DNA of 64,000 bases from Oculina patagonica. Its lineage: Eukaryota. The translations under genes were made by a program, and so were the position numbers. The notes under the pieces were generated by a model. The model ran no database searches and was not told the DNA's origin. It saw only the letters and a program-made list of their open reading frames with translations. This document shows, one piece after another, positions 26,292 through 38,400 of this stretch. The first letter of the stretch is position 1. Each line of letters begins with the position of its first letter. The stretch is taken from NCBI RefSeq assembly GCF_052425735.1, contig NC_135760.1:21142001-21206000 (forward strand), written 5' to 3'.

Positions 26292-27910
26292 ATGGAGGCA
26301 AAAGATATTATAAAATGGTCGATCCTGGGATTTTTCATTCTGTTTTTTCTCACTGGGCTGTCGCTGATTATTTTTGCAGTCACGGTAGCCACACCATTCG
26401 GGGACTATTTAACAATGAAAGCGGCTGCCTTCCCTGTGAACTATGGACTTAGAATCGGTCTTTTAATACTTATTCTTTTCATAGCAGGGCTATGTTTCTT
26501 TGCCATAGTGAAGGAAAACAACAGACTTTTAACCCTAGTGGCTATTTTATTCATCATATTATTCCTGGTTGAGTTCATTATGGGAATCGTTTATTTCTCG
26601 ATGAAGAGTGAAATAAAGCTAAATAAGAAGAAATTTAGCAATGGTCAACAAATGATGGCCGAGTACGGACTGGACAAGAAAGTCACTGAAGGCTTGGATC
26701 GAATCCAGCGGACTTACGCCTGCTGTGGGATTGTGGACTATCGAGACTGGTTCACTTCAAAATGGGCGGCTGCTCAGGTGTGTGAAACCCACCCTTCTCA
26801 TTCTAAGTCCCCTTTTCTAATAACTTTTCATACTCTACTTCTGTGTCTTAATTTTTTTAGTGTCCTATAACCCCTCCCCTTCTTGTCCCCCAACTTTCAC
26901 TTTCTCTGTCAACGCCCCATCCCCTCCCCCCCCCCCAACTCGAAAGGCTTTAAAAAGATATCACCTTCCCTCTTTCCTTTCCTAGGGGGCGGGGGAGGGC
27001 ATCGTAGGGGGGGGGGGGGGGGGGGGGGGGTGAGATAATAGGGGGGGGGGGGGGGGGGGGGGGGGGGCTCGTTTTATGGTATAGTACGGATGACTCTTCT
27101 GCTCCTTTGCTTAAGCAAACGCCTTCCCTTAGTGGCCCCTTATTCTTGGCTCCGGCAAGGCTCCAGCTATAGCTAGCTCTTTAAAGTGTATGTGACAGAT
27201 CACGGCTAAACTCTCTCTGTCTTGTGCCAATCAGTTTCAACAGACCAGACTTAGAACATCATCGACTGACAAGTCACTTCTCACTTGACTTCGGCTCAGG
27301 TTGTCGAAACGTCGGTCACCAAAAACATTTCTTTGGAATATCACCCAAACTATCAGATAATACGAACTATTGATTATCCCTGGGTTCAAACCATTAACTA
27401 GATTATTTTGTGTAACAGAATATACTCTTGTATCCCTAGGGCAAAAACAACATAGTGCCGTCCTCGTGTTGTAAGTTCCCGACGGAGAATTGCGGAAATG
27501 ACATGGATACAAAGAACCCTATGGACTTTATCAACATATTGGGCTGCACTGGTCTAAATTTCTCCTACGATGACAAAATGAAAGTGGTGGGAGGGGTGGG
27601 TCTAGCTCTCGGCTTCCTCAACCTGTTTGCTTTGTGGTGTTGTATTATCTTTTGCTTCTGTTTCAACGCCGCGCGGGGACTGAGTCCAGTAGACGCTCTC
27701 AAAGGAGAGGAGCCAAATGACGCGCCATCGTCGAGCTCATCGAAAAAGGGCCCTCGACGCTCCTCCGCGCAAAGCACGCCTGGTTCCTCGCGTCGCCAGC
27801 CCTCGAAAAAGGCCCTGCGTGCGTCGAAGGAAAGACTTAATGAAGACGACGATGATGATGATTTACCTCCTGATGCGTATAAAGATTTACTTGATAAATC
27901 ACAAGGGTAG
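26292..27910 (+). CDS. Tetraspanin, ~318 aa. Coding exons 26292-26777 and 27440-27910; probable upstream non-coding exon ending ~25135
   Basis: Three TMs, then EC2 with CCG (YACCGIVDYRDWF), PSSCC and GC motifs, then TM4. The phase-0 intron CAG|gtgtgt...ccctag|GGC joins the two ORF-track ORFs in frame. Confidence 0.92.
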
Positions 27911-29236
27911 AGTTAGAACTACACGGATTCTGCAGGAATTATGCTTTGTCAGCAATAGTTCGTTGACATATATCTTCCGGTTAGGACTGTTACACGGCGT
28001 GAGGATAAATTTGCGGGGCCATAAACTCCGTTTTGCTGGCTCGCATATGTTTATATTTTCTTGACCAGTGCCCCATTTATATTTTCAGGGGATGCTAGTA
28101 ACACTAACGCTAGGTACTTTTACGTTTGTGGTCCGACCTTAAACGAAGATTTGCCAAAAGCAAGTCAGTGACGTCACTGTGACCGACCCCATCCCATATC
28201 GAAACGGTATTATGTCGAATTGAAAAACAAGCCGATTTGCCCTTGTTTACTAAAAAGGCAAGATTGTCAAATAGGACAAAAGATCCTCGGTCTTGTGTCA
28301 AACAATATAAAGCTGGGTCACGTGAGAAGTAAGTCTGTCACCCCCCCTCCCCCCTACCCCCATTCCCTCCCCAACTTCGGCACAGCGCCCTCCCACTTCC
28401 AATACTATACCATTTACAAAGAACAATCGGAAACTTTAAACAAGTCCGTGTAATGGATCTGAAAAGACGAGAGGAAACAATATTTATAGCTAACTGTATT
28501 TTAAAACAGATGTTACACTGGTTGCCCTGTCAGAGATTCTTGTCTCTTATTGTAATAGGCAAGGGCGTTGGAAACACGGGGCAATTTTTAACGATAAAGT
28601 TGTTGCGTTAAAATTTGCCTCGGCGTGATCGTTTTGCTGTATATAAAATATATATCAAACTTTTACATTTAAATGGCACCATGTAATGGCAAAGCATAAT
28701 AAATAGTTTTTTTAGAACTCAATCGTATTTCAGTTTGGGGGGCATTATATTAATTTATTACTGTTCCGGTAGAGTTGTGCAGTGGTATATTCGTGAGCCG
28801 TGATAGGGTGATCTGTCATATTTTTAGACTTGAAACGTGAAGTGACTGTTGTAGTCTTCTTCGTGAAACGTGATTTGCTAGGTACGGTAACCGTGAACCG
28901 TAATTTCCTCGTGATGCAAAACGTGAAATGTGACGTGATTTTGTAGTTGCCCAAGCAAAATGTCTCGTCAAGCCATCCCGATCCCCCACTCACATCTCTA
29001 TACCCCGGCCTCATAATCACCGATATACGGATACGGACATTTTCAAGGTCACAGAGCGCGTAGTTTACTTGTTAACGTTCGTTGGTATGCCTGTGCAATT
29101 TGTGAGATTTTTCGCCAAAATTTTATTTTAATTTTTTAATTTCTTCGCCCAGAAAGCAATTATAAACTGATAAAAAAAATAAAATTTGATAAAAGAAAAA
29201 AGAAGAAACGAAAAAAAGGAGGAGAGAAAAAAACAT

Positions 29237-29283
29237 TGCCGAGACCCGGGATTGTTCAGAACTCATGCGAGTTCTCCGGATTT

Positions 29284-29334
<51 letters not shown>

Positions 29335-29339
29335 TCGGC
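29237..29339 (-). tRNA. tRNA-Phe(GAA) gene interrupted by a 30-nt insertion in the T-loop (possible pseudogene)
   Basis: Minus strand GCCGAGATAGCTCAGTTGGGAGAGCGTCAGACTGAAGATCTGAAGGTCCCTGGTTC[30 nt]AATCCCGGGTCTCGGCA. Acceptor, D and anticodon stems pair; a T7 Pol III terminator follows 4 nt downstream. Confidence 0.9.
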
Positions 29340-29452
29340 TGCTGAGACAATGGTGCAAAATTTTAGTTATTTATTTGTCATGTAAATAATCAGCTTTCAC
29401 TGAGTCTGCGTAGATTGTTGCCTCGCTTTGGTGTAATGAACACAAAACAAAA

Positions 29453-32400
29453 ATGGCGCTTCCGACATTACAACCGTACTGGTTGAAAAACTACAAAAAC
29501 AGAAATGAAGGACTTATGGTTCGTAGAACACAACATGAAGCGGAAAGGAGAGAAGTTTGGGACAAGAACGCAAGATATTTTGATCGATCGAATGTGGAGA
29601 CTACGAAGCAACGGGTTTGGGGATCAAGACAATCATACGAAGATAGGTAAGCTTAGTTATTGAAGTAGCTAATATATTAATTTACTGTAGTTAATATCGC
29701 CTAAAATACTTTACAAATCTTATCGTTGTGTCAAAGAAGAGACCGAAGCTTATGTCTTAATATATTATTCTTAACGCTCATGTTCTCCTTTAGCTTTCCC
29801 CCGCGAGATCTGCAGCTTTATAAAAGTTGCATATATCTCCTTGGTTACAAATTTAAACCGTTACAATTACAGGTGACTCTCGAATTCCTTTGAAAACAGA
29901 CCAGAAAGAAGCTAAAACGTTTCTGTAAATTTTGTGGGAAGAAATGATTTGAACTCTGACAAATTGAGGTTAACGTGATGCGGCATATAATTTATACTTG
30001 TTTTCTACATGACATGTACTTCTGTCGTTTCTATGATCTGAGATAACTGTGTTTCAAATGAAGACACCTTTCAGTGGTGAAAAGGCTTATTTGTTGTTCC
30101 CTGAGTAGATAGGTATATCTAATAATAATAGGTATATCTTGAGTTTCTAGGAAGAATATACACAGTAACCCTAAGCCTGCATTTCTCCCAACATATCTAA
30201 TTGAACAAAATCAAACCAAAAAACAATCGAACACCAATAGTTTGATTAGGTGTGGTAATCGAACAAGATCGAACAGCTATTTTGCTATAAGGTCGATTTT
30301 CGAACCAAATGAACCAATTGGTTTACAATCGAACTCAATCTGCTTCAATTTTGTTTGGAATCCGTCTTTGAAATAAACTCATGCAGGACTAATCTGGGGG
30401 GACAGTGTGCCGTACAAAATGTCTGCAATATAAACAAACAGGAGTTCGGGAATTGAACGTTTGATTAAGTATGATTGTCGACTGTTCGGTAATCGAAAGG
30501 TTTGATGTCGTTCCATTGTCCGAACTTTCTTGTGAATTTGATTATGTTCTATTTCCAAACCCAATTGAATGATTGGTGTTCGAATGGGTTTGATTACCGA
30601 ACATTTGATTGGATACGCCAGGATTTCTTTGGTGGTTATGAGGAAGATCTTAGTGTAGATTTATAAAGTGTGTGGTGCAAAGGTTGAATAACGCTATCCA
30701 CCAGATTAATCGCTATCCATTGAATACCGTAGTTTGTTTTGCCAACACTTATACAATAGATAGTGATTTAACTGATGATAAGCATTATCCACCCTTTGAA
30801 CAACAGGGACCAAATGAGTTGTTTTGGGTTAGAATAATGAAAAAATCTTGGGATAGACTTTGAGAAACCTTGGCACATCTTTGACTTTGGCGTGGGATGT
30901 ATATGTACTTATTTTTGCTAGCATGCAAGCACTGGATAGTTTGTTCAAGGAAGACATGAAGCAGGACAAGCAACAGAGATTAGAAGAAAGGAAAAAGAGA
31001 CTGTCAGAAATGTTGCTCAAGGAAACCAAGCAATATGAGGTAACCTGAGTCAAACATTACTATTAATAGTGACTGTAATAAATTATGCTGAATTAAAACA
31101 GTCAGTCATTGTATATAAAATGCAACCCTCTTAGAGTATACTAGTAGCATTGCTTGAAGTTGGGTTTTGTCTCTAAAAGATGGAAGAAACAATACATGTC
31201 TTCGAACATTTTCATTTTTGACACACGAAATGATTAGTTTCATGAAATGTGGGCACAGTACTGTATCAAGTCAAAAAGTGTTTGCAGGTCATAATAGGAG
31301 AACTATTATGTTTTTAATTGTACTAAAAAATATTCGAAAATGAATTGTAATGCGAATTAGAATGCCTCACCGCTTTCTTGAAATCTAAAACAACTTGCTC
31401 TATTTTTGCCAATTTTCAGGAAGAGCTTAAAGCAAAAAGACTTGGTGGAGCTGGACAACTACTACAAATGAAGGAGAGGTTTGTGAATGTGTCATGCACT
31501 TTTATTATCATTATGTAACATTACTTTTCGTGTATGACTTGAACAGAGTTGTATGTATGCCGATTTCTTCTGTAATTGGAGCTCAATCCCATTAAAGTCC
31601 AATTACAACTTTTGGTTACTCAATTTGTTGACTGTCGCCATTTAAATGATTGACGGCAACAAAAAACGTCATCATTTGTTGGGTTTTTTAACTTCAGCTA
31701 GTGTTATTGAAAGGCATAGTAACTGAGCAAATTATTGAACAATCAACATTTTAATTTACTTATTATTGTAACTGAATTGATAATTAAAATGTACTATGCT
31801 TTCCAGAGCTGACGAGCTTAAAGCTGGTAAGGAGACCAGAAGAAAGGAGGTACACGCAATTTATTATAAGATAATTACATGTAACTATTTTGCTTAAGTA
31901 CATAATTTATGAGCTAAGGTTATCATGCTGAAATTTTCAATAATGTATGCAAAGAAACCTGTTTTGGGGGATTTCCGCAGCAAAGCTAGAGAACTCACAT
32001 GCACAGTGTTTCAACTACACTGTATTTCCTCTGCAGATTGCTGAACAAAAATTATATGAACACTGGAAACAAAATGCACCAGAACTTAGAGAGGTAAGCA
32101 GTGCAAATGGCAGTTAATTATTTTTTAAACATTAGACATCACAGAAAACTGTAAAATTCAGTTCCCCCAAAAGAAACAACCCTCTGTTTGAACCCCCAAC
32201 CCCTCTGGAAATTCTAGTTTACATTAGAGCTCAATGCTTTCCTTTAAAAACTTCATCTTAATTCCCCTTTCATTTGACTTTCAATTTCAATTGACCTACC
32301 AATTGACCTGGGGTGGGTACGGACATCCTTCGGTGCTACACAATAGCACGTGATGTAATTATTAGTCAAGTGCAGTTTGTTTAAAATTAACTTGTGGCCT

Positions 32401-35400
32401 CACAATCCCAACTTTGAAAATGGTGAAAAATGCTTGGGCACTGAAGTCCATAGCATTCCCAGTTCGCACGCAGGAGAAAACACCGGGAACATCCCCCCAG
32501 ACCACATGGAGCAGAAGTCCATGCGGCTGACACCGCCACAGACCCCCCCAAAGCCAAGATGAAACCCTCCATGAGAACTGCGCCGCGACGACACGAGACG
32601 ACGCCCGCGCACGACGCGCACGCCGCGAACCGGTCACACGCCCCCGAGAGAACGGCCCCCGCGCAGCCGCCCGGGACTGACCCCCACCCGCGGAGCACAA
32701 CGGACAAGGAAAGGAAAGGAGCCCGCGGCAGATGTGAGGAGACAGACGCCCCAAGGGCCCCAGCAGAGAAGAAAGGAGGGAAAGAGCAAAGGACTGATGA
32801 CACTGCCAGGGCGAGGGCGACGACCAGACCAGCGGCAGGCGGAGGACGCGGACCGGTACCGCCTGATAAGGAGAACACTGCCATAGGGAAGCTACACTCT
32901 GTCAGGTTTGTTTATATTTACTATATGATTGTTTCTCTTTGATTTATTCAATTACAGATTGAAGCAGACCAGTTGAAGGAACATGTTGTGAACAGCTGGG
33001 CTGATCAAGTTTCTGACAGAGAAGAGGTAATGCATTGGATCATGTGTAAATAATTTCTAATCCTTGCAAAAATTATCTTTACTACTCTTATCAATTTCAA
33101 GAGTATTAAAATGGTATTAAATGGTAAAACTTGGGCGCGAAACTTCCCTCATTGCATACTCAATTGATATTAGTGGAGTAAAGCTATACATGTAAATTAT
33201 CCACTTTGGTTCTACATGTACGTTGTACAGTCACTATTGGTTCTTTCTATTTAGAACTTAAAAACAGCAAGACAAGAAGACAGAAGGTATGTTCTAAAAA
33301 GGCTTTATAAATACAGATTGTACTAAACAGCTTTGCAAATGCTGACAATGTATTTCTATATGTGTTGATAAAGTTCATAATATAATACTGCAGTTTACAT
33401 AGCTAGAGGCTTAATTGTTATTGCATTTAACTATGGATTGAGGGGTCAGGTCTGAGCAGTTCTTATTACCGTCGATTGCATCTACCCGTGGACGCACACG
33501 CTTTGAAGTTTAGCAGACCATAACGCGAACTTTTGCACTTAAAATGCTCACCATAAATACTGAGTACGGGCGAAACTTTACACTAGAAATGATTCAAGTG
33601 GACCTGTGTATGCATATCAACACAGATCAGCATCAATTTCTCGGAAGAAGTCTCCATATCCAGTCTTTCCACTATTTTGAAACTGGCATGTGTTGAACTT
33701 TCGGCACGAAAGTTGCTGTAATGGTCTGCCAGACTTCAAACGTTAGATGACCAATCATGCCATGTTTAATACCCAATTAGATCATGTTTTTCCGGCACAT
33801 GTTCACGAGTAAATGCAAGCGACGGTAGGCTCCAAGTGTTTATTTCCACATTGAAATATAAAATGGGTACCAGCAATTTTGGGGGATTATGATTTATCAG
33901 ACAAAATGCTGGGGAAACCTATATGGACTAGCATTCCAACAAGGGGGAGTAGAAAATACTCTTAGCCACTTCAAACTGGCAGAAGTTAAGTGCCAGGCTG
34001 TTGAGCCACTAAGGCAAGCTTCGGAAAGGTTTTCCTAATTTAAAGTCTTTAGTTAACATGTACATGTACTTGAATTCTCAATAACATAATTGAAATTTAA
34101 GGTGTAGAGAACTGATTGTTGTATTCAGTTAACTGTAGAAAAATAAATAGTTTGAAGCCATTATCTCTGCCGACAAAAGCCAACAAACAAACCATAAACT
34201 ACTCATTTGAATACTGGGCTTTTGATTTGTCAATTTTTGTGCGTTTCAATTTCCCGCACGCCGCCATCTCGGATTTTATGATGTCAGTCCGTTGCTGCTA
34301 TTATTAAAAAGCAGAGGTTTTTTTGTGTGAAACAATTGGGCAACACTTTCACATCATAAATTCCAAAATGGCACCGCGCAAAAAATTTAAAAGCCTTTAT
34401 GTTTACCATTAACGGTTGTAATTAAATGCTTTTTCTCCCCTGTCCCGTAAAATTTGTAATTATTAGGCAATATTTCAAACAACTCAACATCCACTTGCCT
34501 CAAGAGCAGAGGTTCCCTTTAACTTCAAACAGAACCAACACAAATTCGACTTACAGGGATATATTGACACTAACATTAATGCTAACCATTAGGCTGCTAC
34601 ATCAGCCTACACAGAGCTGTAAATAGTACTACTCAGTGCAGAATGGTAGGTTTCTAACAACCCTGTTTATTTTGTTAAAAGATTGGATGCCGCTATGGAA
34701 AGAGAAAGACTGCTGGCACTTGAAAAAGAAAAAGCTAAAGAGGAAGCAAAGAAAAGGTACATGTAATGAAATTGATACCATTTTCTACAGAAAGTTGCAG
34801 TGCAAAAGTTCTGGGAAGGTTCTTGTACTAATGGCATACCATAAAATCCCGGTTCTAAGCCCCCCACCACTTATAAGCCCCCCGGTTATAGGCCCATCTA
34901 CCTGGAAACAAAAAAATACACCCGATTATGCCGGATGACAGTACCAAACAGGGCTAAATGTTGCATTGTTATGCGTTTGTAACTTAAAAACGTTTTTTTT
35001 TTATTCCGCTTATAAGCCCTCCCGGATATAAGCCCCTCCGCTTTATGCCCACCCAAAACCTTGTATAAGCCCAGGGCTTATAACCGGAATTTTACGGTAA
35101 CCACATGTATGTGTGCCCGCAATGTTAATCACTTAATAAAAATGGATATTGAAGGCTAAAATAAACTTATCTTTATTTTACCAGGGAACAAGAAAACCTT
35201 GCAGAGGATCTAAAACATCAAATGGAAGAACTGAGACTAAGAGATGAAGAGGTAGGGTTCATGGTCTCTACTGTACTAGGTGTCAGAATGTTTTATGTAT
35301 AATTCCTGTTTTGCAACCAGTGAGATACATGCCATTTCACTTTGATTTTTTATTCTAAACAAAGTAATGGTACAATGCCAAGGTGTACTAATTATAATCT

Positions 35401-38400
35401 CTCAGGAACATGTGCTTTTACATAGATACATGTATGTCTGTTTAACATCAAAACAGCATGACTAGCTAGGTAAACCCCTTTATTATATGGTTGGATCCAT
35501 GAGCGGCAAAATGCGTTTTGTTTGGCTACCCAAGCAGGCAACATGGGCCTATCTTGCCTCCTAAGGATTGCCGGCGATCAAGACAATTTCAGTTCCGTCA
35601 AGTTCAGTTCTCAATTCATGACTTGATTGCACATAAAATAAATCCTTTATTGACCAAGCTTGTTCGGTCAAGATGGCAGGATATTAGCCCAGGGTTAAAA
35701 TAAAATTTTTTTTTTCGATTTGTGGTTTTTCTGTCGATTGCATCTACCTGTGAACGCACGCGCTAAAAACATGTTTTCAAATGACGTCAAACGTCAGCGT
35801 TTTAGGTGTCAAACTTTGAAGTTTAGCAGACCGAAACGCGAACTTTTGCACTCAAAATACTCACCATAAACACTGAGAAGCGGGCGAAACTTTACACTAG
35901 AAATGATTCAAGTGAACCTGTGTATGCATATCGACACAGATCAGCATCTGTTTCTCAGAAGAAGTTTCTATATCTTATCTTTCCGCCATTTCGAAACCGG
36001 AATGTGTTGAACTTTCGGCGCGAAAGTTGCCGTTACGGTCTGCTAAACTTCAAATTTTGACACCTGAAACGCTGACGTTTGACATCATTTGAAAACATGT
36101 TTTTGGCGCGTGCGTTCACAGGTAGATGCAATCGACAGTATCTGCTACCCCCTAGCCTCATTCTTTTTTGTGTGTTTATAGACTGAGATGAATAAACACA
36201 CACAAAAAAAGACTTGGCTTATATCCTGCCATCTTGACCTCACGCGTAGTCAATAACCCATATATATCACTCACAGGACTAGTTTGTCATATTCTTCTTA
36301 CTAATGAAAACATTATTATCTTTCATACGATGCAATACGATAAAGCAATAAACAAGCTGAATAATGTGTTTATTGGCAGGCTCAGATGCTAAAACAAGAG
36401 CAAGAGGATTTGCTAAAAGAACAAAGGAAGCTTGAGCAAGCAGTGAGTTTTTCTTTTGTGTGTGTGCGTGTTAGAATGGAAAATAGTCTTGCCTACAAGT
36501 TGAGCTCAGAGAGCGTGAAGAGAGCTCGCACCGGGGTCTACTCCCACCAAACCGGAAACGAGAAGCAAACAACTTTTAGAAAGTCTAAATGGAAAACTAT
36601 GATTGTAGGAAATGTCAGATCCTACTTGTACATGTAGCTCTAATGGCAATGGTTTCTTGTATAGTACATTTCCTAAAGCTCAATGCACTTCACAGTAAAA
36701 GTGAAGGGATGAGAACAACTTATCAGGCACCTTTGGCAGCCACTATCCATCCATCCCCTATCCCTTAAAACTAGTGTGTTTAAGTTAAAGTAAGACTCTC
36801 TGTTGTCCTCTTCTCTTGAAAATCATGTTGATGTCTTGTGGTACAAACTACAAGCTGCTAAACCTAGCTACATGTTATATCCTTGAATTTAGGAGGAAGA
36901 TAGAAGACTGTTAGATGAAGCAAGGAGAAAACGGGAACTTGGGTAAGATAGTAGCAAAAAAACGATTGTTGCAATCTATGTGGCAGACAAGTCGTGTTGA
37001 TTCAATTGATTTGAGCCAATTCGTCCTAGACCCTTGAAAAGATAGTTAATTTTATTTACCGTAATGATTAGATTTTGCGCCCGGGGCGCTTATTTACTTT
37101 TGGCACCTAAAGGGAGGGCGCTTATTCGAGACAGGGCGCTTATTCGGGACAGGGCGCTTATTTAATTTTTTGCGAAACAATCAAATGTTCAAAGCAAAAC
37201 TTAAATATATTTTAAAATAACTAGCAATAACATAAGTTGTAACAGTAACAAATTGTTGAAAGTTCAGTCACTTTTACAAAAGTTGTTTTTTTTAGCAGTA
37301 AATATATACATGTAGGGTACGGTGAATGTTCATGAGTTTATTTTTTCGACGTCGACGACTTCAGTAGAGTCAGTTAGCCACAATAGGAGCACTTTTAAGA
37401 ATATGAGCACATATAAGAATGGGGGCGCTTATTGGAATAGGGACGCTTATTAACAAAAACACTTTCGAAGGGGGGCGCTTATTCGGAAGGGGGCGCTTAT
37501 TAAAAGGAGGGCGCTTAATCGAATCATTACGGTACATTGTAAGAGAGACATGTTTTCTAACAGTATTATTAGTAATTCCTTGTTATGAACGATTTTCTAA
37601 TGTGTCTTCTTGTAACTTTACAGGCGTGTCCTGATCCGTCAACACAAAGCTCAGATGAAAAGAAAGAGCAAAGAGATACAGGAGGCATTGGTAAGAAAAT
37701 TATGACTGTCTGTGTTAGAACATAGGTCTGCAATGCGTACATGATACTGATCACAAAGCTGTACAGAGATCTGTTTAAGTGTCTTGGATTGATTGTCACT
37801 TTGTAACAACAGTGTTAAATTTAGGTAATGAATAACACTTCAAACTTGGATCTTGTGGCAAAAAACACTTGTAAACATGTTAAAATTGATAAATGATAAA
37901 GATGATTTTTCAGTCTGTGACACAGGCATACTTCGAAAAAAAATCTGAGTTGGTTGTTCCACACATTGTAAGTAGAACAACGAACATGCATACCCTATTT
38001 ATTCGATTAAGCGCCCTGGGCGCTTATTAAATTTTTGGTCCTTGGGAGTGGGCGCTTATTCGAGGTGGGCGCTTATTCGAGGCTGGGCGCTTATTCGAGG
38101 CTGGGCGCTAATTAAATTTTTACGATTTTAAGCAAATATTAAGTTTATTTTTGTAACAAAACAATAAATAATAATAAAAGGGGAAAATGTACCAAAGCAG
38201 AATTTTAACTGTTCATTGTAAGTTTCTGTAAAATACTAAGGCTATGTTTACACGCGACCGGTCCGGAACGGTCCGGTCCGATTTTTGGACCGGATAGGCC
38301 TTCTGTTTACACGGGACCGTTCTGGAACCTGTCCGGAACGGATCCAAAACTGGACCTGTAGTCAATTTCAATAACCAATACTCCTCTAATGGTTTTCAGT

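Noticed and set aside
26870-27070. G-quadruplex or regulatory polyG/polyC tracts (also 13610, 15230, 47945)
   Set aside because: Long homopolymers typical of MITE ends and short-read errors; their lengths are unreliable.
28946-28959. RFX X-box for the ciliary gene TCHP
   Set aside because: GTTGCCCAAGCAAA is an imperfect match about 500 bp upstream, beyond the tRNA; too weak to call.
32362-32942. Overlapping 127-165 aa ORFs
   Set aside because: By-product of a stop-poor GC-rich tract inside a TCHP intron; no domain features.
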